The notes: a model not told the origin generated them from the letters alone. A DNA stretch of 63,155 nucleotides, filler included, from Conidiobolus incongruus B7586 (GCA_000697335.1; 24 parts of 24 records of this genome joined end to end with filler, not necessarily neighbours in it); one strand, 5' to 3'. Positions 26,801 through 41,319 are shown, numbered from the whole stretch's first letter. Program-made: numbers and translations.

Positions 26801-28387
26801 TAATTTTTCAAAATTAGTTTTTTAATTGAATTATTCTTAAAATAAATAATATTTGTCAAAAATCTTTTATTTTAGTATTAATAAAACTTAGCCACAAATC
26901 CACTAAAATAATTTAAAATTTACAAATAGCTTTTTATAATAAAATATTATTTAAATTAATAATTTATTACTCAATATATAACTTTAAGATTAAAAATGAA
27001 ATTATCCAAAATCTACTAAATTCTAAAAGATTAATTTTAATTATTATTTTTATAATTGTATATATAATGAAAAAAATATATTAAAGAATATCTTTTTATT
27101 TCAGCTAATGAATTATTAAGATATTTTAATATTAGTTATATAAAAATATTATATAATTAAAGTTTCAATTAAAATTAATTAATAATATTATAAAATAGGT
27201 ATTTTATAATTTAATTTTAGCTTAAAAAAGTTAAAATAGATATTATTAAACAAAACTTACTAAGATATAGCTAGAAATCATAACTTTTATAGTAAATTTT
27301 TATAATTATTGAATCCTTGGTTTTTTTTGAAAAAATATTTTATTAAAATAAAATACAAAATGTTGGATTAGGCTAAATAACCTATATTTATAAATTTCTT
27401 TAAATAAATATTTTAATAATAAGCAAATATTGATTGTCATAATATATAATAATTATATATCCTATTTTTATTTAATTTTTTACGAATAATCAATTAATAA
27501 TAAACTATATATTTATTTTTTAATTTAAATTATTTTAAATTGGTATTCTTATTATAATTTGAAAAATCTAAATATTTTATATAATAATTATTAAATATAT
27601 AAATTTAAAGTTATAAAGAACTTCCTAATTAAAAATAACTTGAAAAAACTACCATATCTAATATATTCTTTAGATTATAACCTATATGATTATAATTGTT
27701 TTAAGTAATTAAAAAACCAGTATATAAGAAAGAAAATTTTTATAAAATATTTTAATTAGTTTATAAAATATCAAATTTAAGTATATAATCAATAGAATTA
27801 TTTTTTAGATATTAGATCTTTGTTAAAAATATGGCAAAAAGATATTAAAAAATTTTCATTTTATATTATATATTTATTTTTATTTTTTTATATTTATCAG
27901 GGGTTAACACTGATAACAATGGGTTTTACAAGCTTAAACAAGGAATTGCCAATAATAAACAATAAATTACCACAAAATTAAGGGAAATTATTAGGGTTCA
28001 CTAAAGTAGGTGAAAATGACTTGCTATGAATTGGGTTCTTTGAATAAAGTAAACATCTCATGCTTATCATAACTTAACACTTTTATAAAGAATATAAGAA
28101 AAGCTTAGAGAGTATATACTTTTTAAAAAAAAAGATAAAAGATATGTTTATTAATTTGCTTATGATAATATTATATTAGGTTCCATTGTTGATTTTTATG
28201 GATATAAATAACTTATGGGCAGAAAATAATAGGATCAACTAGTTTATAGAATATGATATTTTCAATATAACTTCTTAAATGCTATAATAAACAGAGTTTC
28301 TTGAGTAATTAACTGGATTATTCTTTATTAAATGAAAATATATATTTTTTTCAATTATAAAAAATTCCTATTATTTATATTACAAAG
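26801..28387 (+). mobile_element. Mariner family B (DD34D), degenerate, interrupted near its 3' end by an approximately 440-bp insertion
   Basis: Transposase relic at about 26830-27850. The right TIR AAAAATTCCTATTATTTATATTACAAAG|TA ends at 28387, about 440 nt further out than in other copies. Confidence 0.85.
27895..28340. mobile_element. Unidentified insertion inside mariner, possibly a solo LTR of another family
   Basis: Absent from the other mariner copies and GC-richer than its host. It starts TATCAGGGG (possibly TGTCAGGGG) and has an AATAAA near the 3' end. Boundaries are approximate. Confidence 0.4.
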
Positions 28388-28786
28388 TAATATTTAAAAT
28401 ATTTAATTTATTTTATAAAATATTTTAATAAATTATTTTATTATATTTTTATAATTGAGACAAAAAATTTTTTTATTAATTTAATTAAATTTTTATATAA
28501 TATATTTTTTGTTGTTATTTTTAATTTATTTAAAAATAAAGATTTTTATGGTCAATTATTATTTTAAAGATTTTAAAAAAATAAGATTATAAGTTAATTA
28601 TTTAATAAATATAAATTATGCTAAATAAAAAATTGTCCAATATACAGATAATTATTAATTTATTATATATTATTAAATTCAAATAANNNNNNNNNNNNNN
28701 NNNNNNNNNNNNNNNNNNNNNNNNNNNNNNTTAATTAATTAANNNNNNNNNNNNNNNNNNNNNNNNNNNNNNNNNNNNNNNNNNNN

Positions 28787-30472
28787 ATATATTTTATTTA
28801 TTATAAAATAGTTTTACTAATAATTAATATATATAGTGTATTTGAAGTTAATATTTTAAGCAAATAAGATATTTATATTAAATTAGAAAAAAAAGGCTTG
28901 TTAATTAAATTATTAGAAAATAAAAGTTTTTTATTATTAAGATTTTATAATAAAACTTATATAGTTATTAGGTAAATATAAATATATTATAATATTTCTC
29001 TCTTAAATTAAGTTTTTAACTTTTTTAAGAAACTTATAATTTAATTTAAAAATATTAATGTTTATTAATCTTAAGTTTGTTGTATTTATAAATTTTAATT
29101 TTTTAATATAATTAATATCCTAATTTTTTGTTGATTTTTTATCATATATTATTTTATAATCTTTCTATATTTGCTAAAAGATTTTAATTAGTTTGTTATA
29201 TAAAATAGTTATTAATTAAATATACTCTTTTAATTGAGGAAATAAAGTACTTATTTTATTAATTATAAAAACAAGTTTTAACCTCTTAAAGATTTAACAA
29301 AGTTTATTTTAATTAATTTATTACAAAAGTTATAATAAATAAACTCTCTTAAAAAAACAAGTTTATTTAGTTTTTGTTATTTATAAATTATATAATATTT
29401 AAGGTATTGTTTTAAAATTTGGTTAATCTATTTAATTGTTATTAATTTAAAAATAGTAGCTTAAAAATATATAAAGTTGTGTTTTAATATTTTTAGTAAA
29501 ATTTTATCAATATTTAGATATAGTTATTTATTATAATTACTTAAAATATTATGAAAAGCCTTAAATCTATTAAAATGATTATTTAAAAATAATTCAATAT
29601 ATTGAAAAATATTTATATTATTTTTATATAATATAAATTAAATAATTTTAGTTAAATAATTAACAATTATCAAAATAATATTGAACTTATTTAATTTAAG
29701 TAAAAACATAATAAAATCTATAGTTAATATTGTAAATCAAATATAAAATATAGGTAGAGGTTATAAAAATCATTTAAAGTTTAATTATTAGATTTATTAA
29801 CAAGATATGATTAATATCTGAAAATATATTTAATAACTATTTATTTTAATTTATATTAGGGAAATTATTTAATAATGATTTTTAATGTCTTATTAATTCT
29901 ATCATAACTTATAATAATTTTATTATAATATTATTTTAAGATGATATGCTTGTTTTTTATAGCAAAAATTATAATTAAGGTATTATGATAAATTAATCCA
30001 TCAAATTCTTTATATTTGCTTGCTTTATGTTATGTGATTAATTTTAAGATAATTTTTGTAATTTTATTATTTTTTATAAATTTCTAGATATTTTTAACAA
30101 TTCCGTCATTAAAATAAAATAATTCAGAAAAATATAAAGATAATTAAGGGTTAGTAAGGCTTTTTAATTAATTTGAAATAATCTATTAAAAGAGATTTTA
30201 TATACAAAATTATAACTAAGTTTATTAGCAATCAAAATCTTTAAACCATTTAAATATTTGATTTTAAAATTATATTATTAGAGAGTTAGACTTTAATAAA
30301 TTTGATTAAAATTTATTAGTTTGGTTAAAATAGAATATTCAAGGTTTTTGTAATTAGAGTATATTATTATAATATATAAGGAAAATAATATATAAACTTA
30401 AAAATACTATAAAGCCTTTATAATACTTAATAATTTTTTATTATATATTTTATAATTAATTTTAATTAGAAT
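28787..30472 (-). mobile_element. Degenerate Ty3/gypsy pol fragment (RNase H to integrase)
   Basis: Minus-strand relics of (T/S)DHKNLEY (about 30330-30360), DAL (about 30150), YHPQTDG (about 29440-29465) and NQILEQYLRCY (AAC CAA ATT TTA AAA CAA TAC CTT, about 29400-29424). Confidence 0.75.
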
Positions 30473-30572
30473 NNNNNNNNNNNNNNNNNNNNNNNNNNNN
30501 NNNNNNNNNNNNNNNNTTAATTAATTAANNNNNNNNNNNNNNNNNNNNNNNNNNNNNNNNNNNNNNNNNNNN

Positions 30573-31942
30573 TAAATAAATATATTTAGATATATTTAGT
30601 AAACTATTAGCAAAAATATTAACTTTTAATATTTAACTAAAATGAGTCATAAATTTATAGGTTTTTGAAATAAAGAGATATATTTAAAAATATATAACCA
30701 TATCTTGTTTTTCTTTGCTATTATTTTATATAATATTTTACCAATAAATTAAATTCTTTTTATTAATATTATTATACTTAAATCCCTCTTTAAAAAAATC
30801 TACTTATATATTAATCAACTTTATAAAAAAGATAAATTAACTTATGATATTACTAGAATTATTAGTGTTAATTAATCTACTATAGTTAAAGTTATTAAGA
30901 ATAGCAATAAAAATATATTTAAACTTAAACTTAAATATGTTAAGATTATAAATAAATATGATAAGAAGTATATTTATAAGTTGGTAAATATAAATAAGTA
31001 TAGTACTATTATATAAATATAACAGGAACTATAAGATCATATAAAAATATTAATTAACATTAATATTATTAAATATACTTTATATTAGTATAGATATTAC
31101 TTACACTTTAAGAAAAAACACCCCTAATTAAAGAAATCCTATTATAAAATTAAGTGGGAGTTTAAATGTTATTATTAATATTAAACTAAAACTAATTAAA
31201 GTAAGGTTATTTAATCTAATAAAATAAAAATATATTTTAGTAGATTTAATAAGAAAATTAAATATTTTAAAAAAGATGCAAAATTACTTTATAACCATTA
31301 TTTTAATTTTACCTAAAAGTATAATCATAAGTTAATTATTGTTTAAAAATGTATGTTACTTTTAATTATAAGATATCTTTATAAAGTTAATAAGGGAATT
31401 AATATTGAGATATATTAAAATATTTTAAACAATAAATTGAAAAAAACTATTGAATAATATAGGTTAAATAGATTTAATATTATTTTCTAATAAAATAATA
31501 TCTTTTGCTATATTATAACTTTTATTACCAAATAGCTTAAAAATAACAAGATAATAGTTATAAAGTAGCCTTCTCAATTTCTTAACTTTGATCTAATTGA
31601 ACATATTTAAAATTATTTAAAAAAAGCTATTAAAACTTTCCCCTTAATAAAAAGTTTAAATCAACTTTAAAAATATATTCAAGAATTATGAAACAAAATT
31701 AACTTTTTTTAGTATAAAAAGTTAATTGATTTTATATCTTATAAACTTCAAGAAATTAGAAAAACTAAAGATAAATACATTAAGTTTTAATTTTTTTATC
31801 ACCAAAAACCTATAAATTTATAACTCACCTTAAGTAAAATTTAAAAATATATATTTTAACCAATTAATAGTTAAATATCATTATTTAATAATATATATTA
31901 TTAATAAATATAATATATTTTAATTATTTAATTTAGGTTTAT
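30573..31942 (+). mobile_element. Tc1 family A (DD34E), degenerate, termini lost in gaps
   Basis: Collinear with 49069-50618. It retains ATT GAA CAT (IEH, catalytic Glu) near 31596. Confidence 0.9.
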
Positions 31943-32264
31943 NNNNNNNNNNNNNNNNNNNNNNNNNNNNNNNNNNNNNNNNNNNNTTAATTAATTAANN
32001 NNNNNNNNNNNNNNNNNNNNNNNNNNNNNNNNNNNNNNNNNNTAAATATATATTGGTTTATAATTATTTTTATATTAAAATATTTTTAAAGATATTGGAT
32101 TAAATTTATTCATTAATATAATTCATTATAATGATTAAAAGTTTATTTTTTTAATATACTTATAATTTAACTATTAATTTTCTAAAATTATTCAAGTTTT
32201 ACTAATTATTTAAAAAAATAATTATTTATTTAAAACTTGTATTTTTTATTTAATTTATTATTTT

Positions 32265-32663
32265 TGTTAAGAGACTAGTTCTCTAATTTCTTATATATAT
32301 TTCTATATAATTCAATTGATTATAAATTATATAATTAATTCATATTTCTATAGCTAAATTAATTATATAAATAATATTAAATTATCTAATAAACTAGGTC
32401 TTTTTCTTTTCCCCTCAATTCTTATTATTTCTTATTTTTTTCATTATTTCTAAGAAAAAAACTATATCTTATTAATACTCTAGTATATTAATATTACCTA
32501 ATATAAATCTTGATATATTAGTGACTCATTTTAATATAAAGCTTAATTAAACTTTGTTTATATTTGCATATTATAATTATATTATAATATAATATTTTAT
32601 ATCTGATTACTTTTATATTAAAGTTATTTTGCTTTATATTAGTATTTTACTATTATATTTATA
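32265..32663 (+). repeat. 5' LTR
   Basis: TGTTAAGAGACT…TATATTTATA (terminal CA mutated to TA). Direct repeat of 37567-37964 and 44484-44890. Confidence 0.9.
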
Positions 32664-35600
32664 TGGTAGCATCAATAAAACTATTAAAAACTTATTAAAA
32701 TTAATAAATAATTATATTAAATTTATTTATTATTATTTTAAATCTTATTTATAACTTAATTTATTTAAATTTAATACTATACACTATAATACCATTAAAA
32801 AAAATACCTTTATATTATTTTAATGATGTTAATAATTTAATTACTAAATGAATCTAAGATTTTAATTATTAAAAACTTATTGCCCTTTAAAAAGCTTATA
32901 TTGAATAACTTCTAGTTAAGAAAAATATAACTCAAAAAGCTTAAATCTAATAAACTAGATATTTCACTATTTTTAATATAATAAATCACCTACTTAATAT
33001 TTTTAAAGATAAACTAACCACTTATGATAATTCTAAAAACCTCTACAAACTTGAAAATTATCTTGAAAATATAAAGAATTATATTGATTTAATTTTTAAT
33101 AAAGATTTAACAAATATCTTTAAATTAGCTATTTTTTTTTGAAAAATTTACCTATACTTAATAATTAATTTATTACAAACTTAATCTTAAAGAATCTTTA
33201 AAGGGATAACCTATTGCAAAAATATAAACCTTTAAACAGTTAGAAAATATCTTTAAAAAAAGGTATTACATAAAAGATTAAGTTTAATTAATAAAAGAAA
33301 AGTTTTCTTAGCTTAAATAAAAAACTTTTATAAGGTAATTAATTAAGAAATTTAATGAGATATATTTAAATATATTAATATTACTGAAGAAAAATAAATT
33401 TATAAGTTATTATAATATCTTAATCTTCAAATAAAACTCAAGTTAGTTAATAAGGAATATTTTAATAATATGTTTTTTTTAACATTTATAATAAAATAAT
33501 TATGATTAATAATATCTTTTATTTTATAACTAAATTTTTTTAACTTAAGAGTTAATATTTTAAAACTTATTTTAACCTACTTAAATTTCAAATGATAAAT
33601 ATTTCTGTTAAATAATTTTATAAGTAAACTTTTAATAAAGAAGTTAAAACATATTTAAAAATAAATAAAAATTGTTATTAATATTAAAAAACTTAAGTTA
33701 ATTATAGAGTTAATAAGTATCCCTTCAAAAAACAACATTTTTTTAATTCTCAATAATTTTATTTTACCAACCATAAATTAAACTTGAATATTATTAATAT
33801 AACCTTAAAATTACTTCTTTCACAATTAGTTAGCAGATTCTAATTTAATCCATAAAAATTCTAATAAACTAATGATTCTATAAATTAAACTATATATATT
33901 AAAAAAATCTAACTTACTAAACTATTAAAAATTAAAAATATTGTAGTAATTAATTTATTTTATAATTTTTTACCTTTAATTATCACCCTATTGTTTATTT
34001 TAACTAGATATTTTATAGACACATTTGTTAATATTTCAATTAAATTTAATTGTTTTAATTATATTATCTCTTATTTTATTATTTTAAAACTATCTTTACC
34101 TACTTAAAAAAATAGTTTAATAACTAAATATGCTAATAATTTAATAGAATAGATATTAAACACTATATTTAAATATTTATTATTAGTTTTTAACTACTTT
34201 TAATATATTAAATTTTTAGTTGGTAACATTAATTATAATTTTATACTAGGTTAAAATTAGTTTAAATACTATAGATTTTTATTTATAAATTTTATTCTAA
34301 AAGGTTATAAATTTATTTCTTTTGTATTTTAAAAGAAGTCAATAGAATTAATCTCAAAAAATCTATATTATTTTTTTATAAAATTACTAAATACTTTACC
34401 TAATAATAAATCTATAATTATGTTAAATAATTCTATTATTATCAATAAAAATCATTTTAAAAACCTAATTAAAAACCTTAATAATTTATAAAAATATATA
34501 TTTGTTTATTATTTATCTATTAGTGGTTCATCTATTAATTTTAATAAAGTTATAACTAATAACTATTTTTTATATAATATAGTAAGTTAATTTCCTAATG
34601 TTTTTAAACTTATAAGTAAATTACCATTTAAATATAATATTAAAAATAAAATTAAACTTCTCTTAAATATATAACTATATTTAAAATTTAGTTAAAATTT
34701 TTCCTTTTAAAAATATTAAACTTTAAAAGAAAAAATCTAAAAATTACTTGAAAATAAATATATTAAACTTTTTTCCTTATTATAAAAATCTTTAATTCTC
34801 TTTATATAAAAGGTTAATAGTAGTTAAAGATTATATATTAATAATATTGTTTTAAATTCTAAAACTATTAAAGATAAAACTTTATTATTAAACCTATATG
34901 ATATTAAGGTTAAATTACTTAAATTAATTATATTCACTAAATTAAATATTAGAAATAATTATTATAATATAAGAGTTGAAGAAAATTCTATTTTTTAATT
35001 ACTTTCAATATTTTTTTAACTATTATGAATTTACTTTTATAAGCTTTAGTTTGTATAATATTTTTGTAATTTTTACATAATTTATTAATTCCCTCTTTAA
35101 CCTTGTTTTTAATAACTTTATTATTGCTTACTTTGATGATATTTTAATCTTTTTTAAAACTAAAAAAGAGTATATTTAACATTTTAATTAAGTTTTACAA
35201 ATTATTCAAGGATATAAATTATTTTTAAAATTATTGAAATATATTTTTAATGTTTCTACTATCTTTTTCTATAGTTTATTATTTCTTTTTAAGGAATTAA
35301 TATTAATTTAACTAAACTCAATAATATAAGAGTTTTTACTATATTTATAAATAAAGATTAACTTAGGTTTAATTTAGATTATTGAATTAATTTAAAGATT
35401 TCATTGATTTTTTTGTTAAACTTACAATCTTTTTAACTAATCTTTTAAAATAAAACTTTTTTTTTGAATAGACCCTACTATATATTTTTTGCATAAATAC
35501 TTTAATTTTCTATATTATTTATGTTTTTATTTTATTTATTTTTGATTTTAAATTACTTATTATTATTTTTTCCAATTTTAATTCTTTTATAATTAATAAA

Positions 35601-37566
35601 TAATTAATCTAATTTAAATTTAATTTATATTTTACTCTTTAACTATAAAATAAAATAATAAATAAGGGAGAATAAATTAAGTTTAATCTTATTAATATTA
35701 CTTTAAAACTAATAATATTATAATTAAAGAAAATAAAACCAGCTGAATTAAAATATTTAGTTTATAAATAAAAAATTTTTGCTTTAGTATAAATAATCAA
35801 AAATTATTTGTATTTTTTATTTTATAACTTTTTTTTAGCACTTACAGATTATAAATCACTCATCTACTTAAATACTGAAAAATATTTATCAAGAAGATAA
35901 ATTAAACAGATTAAAACTATCTAAGCTTACCTTTTCTTTATTTAATATCTTTTAGGTTAATAAAGTTATGTTATAGATACTTTGTTAAGAAACCTTATAT
36001 ATTTACCCTTTTATTTTAATTATAAAAACCTAGCAAATATTAACTCAATTATTATTAATAAAAGAAATAAAGAATTTATCAAATTATTTTAAAAAACATT
36101 ACCAAATAATAATTTTTTTATTTTAATTATAGAAAAACTCTTTAAACTATTAAAAAACTAATTAAAATATATTAAAAGATTTAAAATTAATGATAACCTA
36201 TTATATTATAATAGTTGTTTATATATCCCTAATATTCTTTAAATCTAATAAGAAATATTTAATAAATGTTATTACTTTTATATTAAAGGATATTAAAATT
36301 AATTAAAAACTGTTAAGAGAATTAAAATAAAATATTACTAATTTTTTTTAGTTAAATTAATTTAGAAAAATATTAATACTTATCATATATACTAAAGAAT
36401 TAAATATAATACCTAACTAAAATATATTAAACTTATTCTTGTACAAATCCCTAATAAAACTAAATAACAAATTTAACTTGATTTTATATAAATTCTTAAA
36501 TTAACAAATAGCTATAATAATCTACTAACTATAATTGATTTATTATATTAAATATATTTATTTTATTCTTTATTTCAAACCTTATATAGTTAAAAATATT
36601 ATATAACTATTATTCTTTAATATTTTTACCTATCTTAAAATTCTATAAATTATTATATCTAATAAAGATATATAATTCAACTCTTAATTCTAGAAGTTAC
36701 TATCTTTTTCTTTCAAGGTTAACCTAGCTATATCTATTACTAATTATCATTAAATTAATAACTTTATTGAAAAACTATTAAAACCTTAAAATAAATAATT
36801 AAAGCTTATATTAACATTAATTAGTTAAATTAAAATACTTATGTTTACTAACTTTAATATTTATTCAATATCTTTATTAATAGATCAACAAGATTTAACC
36901 TTTATTTTATTAACTATAGCAAACACCTTAATTTAATAATTGCTTTAAAACTTTAAATTAACTTATTATTAGATATTGTTGAATTTTAATTTAATATTAA
37001 ATATATCAATTCTTTTGTTGAATTTAACTTGGAAGAAAATTAAAAGATTATAGAATAATAATATTTAAAGTTATTTAAAAATCCTCTTAAATATAAAACT
37101 AGTATATTTGTACACTTAGAAGAATCTACCCTTAAACTTATTTTACTTAAATCTAACTTAAATCCAAAATACTTACTATTATATTATAACCCCTATAAAA
37201 TTTAGTTTATTGATTTATATTTTGAAAATATTATCTTGGAATTACCTTTAACTTTGAGGATTAACTTTACCTTTCACATATCTAAAAGCAAACCTTATTT
37301 TGAAGATTTTAATACTTTTCCTAATTAATTAAAAGCTTTAAAACTAGATTTAATTATTAATTAATATAAAGAAGAATATTATATTGATTATATAATTAAA
37401 TCTTAATCTATTAAGAATAAACTTTATTTTTATACAAAATAGATAGGTTATCTTATTAGAGAAATTACATAAAAACTTTTAGAAAATATTAAAAATATTT
37501 TAGCTTATTATACTTATTTGTAAAAATCTAAGGAGTCTGTCTTTTTTAAGCAATTTATTGAGAAAG

Positions 37567-37964
37567 TGTTAAAAGACTATTTTTTTAAATTCTTATATAT
37601 ATTTCTATATAATTTAGTTAATTAAAAGTTATATAATTAATTTATACTTTTATAATTAAATTAATTATATAAATAGCATTGAATTATTTAATAAACTAGG
37701 TCTTATTTTTTTCTCAATTTTTATTATTTCTTATCTTTTTCATTATTTTTAAAATTAAGAATATATTCTATTAATATTATAATATATTAGCATTACCTAA
37801 TATAAATATTAATATATCAATGACTTATTTTAATTCAAAGCTTAATTAAACTTTGTTTATATTTGCACACTATAACTATATTATAATACCATATTCTATG
37901 TCATATTACTTTTATATTAAAGTCTTCCTTTGCCTTATATTAGTATTTTACCACCATATTTATA
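37567..37964 (+). repeat. 3' LTR
   Basis: TGTTAAAAGACT…CCATATTTATA, preceded by a short purine tract (GAGAAAG) and followed by the TSD. Confidence 0.9.
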
Positions 37965-39659
37965 ATTTTCAACTTAAAAAAGATATTATTTAATATTTAA
38001 TTAAATTTAAAATATTAAATATTAATTTTAATATTTTATTAAATAAAAACTAAAAAATTTATTAAGATTTTACTTTTTATTTTTATTAGAAAATTATCTA
38101 TATATTATAAAATTAATAGTTTAAACTTAATATATATATATATTAAAATTTATATTTTATTAATTAATAATAATATAAAACTAAAACCTGATAATTTAAT
38201 AAAAGCTGAAAATAAACTAATATTGAGATAAATAAATAAATTTTATTAAAATATAAATATAAACAAAGGTTTTTATAATATATTATTATAATTAATGAAT
38301 TATGGATATNNNNNNNNNNNNNNNNNNNNNNNNNNNNNNNNNNNNNNNNNNNNTTAATTAATTAANNNNNNNNNNNNNNNNNNNNNNNNNNNNNNNNNNN
38401 NNNNNNNNNAAATTAAATAATTTCTTATTTTATATTATAATTATAAATTATATCAATTTAAAAATAATATAAAATTTTTTTTATAAAAATATTAAAAACA
38501 AACAACCATTTTTAATTTATTCTTTAAATTATAAATTATATGATTATAATTGTTATAGGTAATAAAAATTATATTTAAAAAAATTCCTCTAAATAAATTT
38601 AATAAAGTTATATAAATTCCAGCTATTATTAAAAAAATTATTTAATTTTGAGAATTTTACCAAAAGTATAAGCAAAAGCTATTGAAAATTATAATTAGTA
38701 TTAATGTTATATTATATATTAAAAAATATATTTAATTCTGATTTTATAATTATATAATTATTGAATTCTTATATTAATAACTATATCTTACTATCAATAT
38801 TTTTTTTATATTCTATATTTACCAAATCAAAAAACAACTCCTATTAATAATAATAATTAATTTATATTTTCATTCAATATAAGTTCCTAATATGGCAATG
38901 AATCAAATTTAATCAAAATATTGAAACCTTTTAAATTACCAAATAAATTAGCAATATATATATATATATATTAATTATATTCTCATTACATTGACAGAGT
39001 AGACACCAAAAGCCAATAATCTTTCGGCAAGGCGATTAATTATTAGAATGATAGATTGAATTATGATTGTAGTAATAGTCCTTACCAGAAAATGAATACT
39101 TTTGATCTAAATTATTTGGATTAGTTTATCCAACTTAAGTGATTAATAAGTGTAGATATAAAATAATACTCCATCTCTCTGGATCTAACTGTATTGTCAA
39201 TCAATGTCAATATTTTTGTGAAGACATAATATCACATTTAGTGATTAATATAATTTCAAATTGAGTCAATTTAAAGCGAATTTGATTTAAATTTTTATAA
39301 ACTTTTTTTAAAATTTATTAAATTAATAAAATAATTAAATTAATTTTAAAGAATTAGTTTTAATTATTAAAAGCTATTATAAAAATTATATAATTTCATT
39401 AACTCAATATCCTTTAAATACAATTCATTAAAAATACAATAAATTTTTATAATATTATCTAATTTGAATAATTTTATTTTTATCAATTTGACATCACTCA
39501 AATCCCCAAATTAAATAAAAATCACTTTGTAACAAATCTTATATTAAATCAGCCACAAAAATTCTATAATTATTTAAACCAAATTTTAAGATTTTACTAA
39601 TTTAAAATTTTTAAAAATTTAAGTAAATTAAAATAATTGTTAAAATATTAAAATTTGGA

Positions 39660-39791
39660 ATGATGCTATACAATTTATTAGTCTTTATGACTATTTCTTG
39701 TACTTTGGCAGTTCCCTTAATTGACCCCAATACTCCTGATATTGACGGTCCTTTACCCATTGGTCAACCTTGGCAGCAATCGGAGTCTTAA
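39660..39791 (+). CDS. Putative small secreted peptide (43 aa), or the 5' part of a pseudogene
   Basis: MMLYNLLVFMTISCTLA|VPLIDPNTPDIDGPLPIGQPWQQSES*. It has a signal-peptide-like N-terminus with a T-L-A|V-P cleavage site and lies in a GC-rich island. It is below the ORF-track length cut-off. Confidence 0.45.
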   Translation: MMLYNLLVFMTISCTLAVPLIDPNTPDIDGPLPIGQPWQQSES

Positions 39792-41319
39792 TAATAGTTT
39801 AATAATGGATATGAAAATGACACTTTTGGGCAAACTATTCACTCATTTCAGTTTCCAACCTCTCTAAATCTATTTTGAGGTCAACTTGGTTACCGATCCT
39901 TCTAAATTTAAAAAACAATAAACAATGATAAAGATTAAAAGTAATTCAAATATATTAGAACTGCTATAAAAATTGAAAATAAGTTAGATTGGGTTGTTGA
40001 AATTGTCAAAGATATGATCAAGTATAGTATAATTTTAATATCTTATGTTTTTACAGTGATAATAATTGAATGGTTGGAATTTGAATCAAATGAACTGAGT
40101 GAGTATCAGTAAGTGTGAGGATTGATTCATTGATTAAAATGATAATGGGTTGATATCACTTATAAAACCAATATATAAAATTGATCCAAGTCATATCCAC
40201 ATATATAATTAATTTGAATCACAAAATTTTTAATTAATATAATATAATTTGGTCAATTTGATTTGAAAAAATAATGCGAATGTGATAATATGAATAAAAC
40301 GGTTATTCCAAATTAGGAAAAGTATTTTCATAATAAAAAATATCCATTATTAAGTGCTAATTTGATAAAGTTCTGTTTCATAATATAATATTTAATTATA
40401 TTGTAATATACAAATTATTTGATATTATATTATTAAACTAATACAATAATAGTAGTGTAATGAAATCCAAGAAATTTACTTATAATTTAAATAATATCAA
40501 CAATACACTATTGATCTATTCAACTGTAAAAATGAAATATATATTATACTTGAATTTAATTTAAAAATTAACAATAGAAATAAAAAGTTCATTTAACCAA
40601 TGAATATTATTTATATTATTTTATAAAATTGATACAATATGAATTAGGATAAAATCCATATTGATATTTAGTTTTGATTTGATTAAAATTTCAATGAATT
40701 TACTAAGAACTTAATATTAAGTTTAAAAAATTAAAATATTAAAATATTAAATATAAGAGAATAAAAATGAAATGTTATTAATTTATTATTATAATATAGT
40801 TTATGGATAATAATTTGTTTATTTTCAAGTAAACTTTAAAAATAATATAAGGTTTCTGAATAATAAATTTTGTAAATAATATTATATATTATAATAAATG
40901 ATTTAATTTTAAAAAATATATTTTATATATTTTATATATTTTAGAATATCAAATAAAAATAATATAATAAATTTAAATATAATAACTATTAATATAAATA
41001 TTTATTTAAAATTAATATTATTNNNNNNNNNNNNNNNNNNNNNNNNNNNNNNNNNNNNNNNNNNNNTTAATTAATTAANNNNNNNNNNNNNNNNNNNNNN
41101 NNNNNNNNNNNNNNNNNNNNNNAATTAATCAATATTAATAATTTTTAATAAGAACCATAGTTTTATGTTATAACTTAATTTATATTTTTATTAATAAATA
41201 TTTTAGATTTTTTTTATTTCTAATTTTTATATAAAATAACTATTTCAAATCTCTATTATTAAATTTTAATTTAAACTTTAAAATATTTAAAATATTTAAA
41301 TGATTTTTAAAAATAATAT

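Larger units (their letters stand above)
32265..37964 (+). mobile_element. Full-length (5700 bp) degenerate Ty3/gypsy LTR retrotransposon with chromodomain (chromovirus)
   Basis: Direct LTRs at 32265-32663 and 37567-37964, a 5-bp TSD ATTTT (32260-64 and 37965-69) and a PBS starting TGGTAGC at 32664. RT relics IFTKL.IRN.Y.NIRVEE (about 34930) and IAYFDDILIF (35123-35152). RNase H relic LTD(H)KSLIYL (about 35840). Integrase relics IIS(D)(R)D..FNS.F(W) (about 36650). Chromodomain relic EEYYID…FYTK(W)IGY…IT(W)E.LENI (about 37370-37490). Confidence 0.93.

Noticed and set aside
32664..37566. Alternative genetic code (TAA/TAG read as Gln or Trp) to explain in-frame stops in TE ORFs
   Set aside because: The three intact genes end in TAA or TAG and have no internal stops. 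The TE copies also carry missense transitions in catalytic residues.
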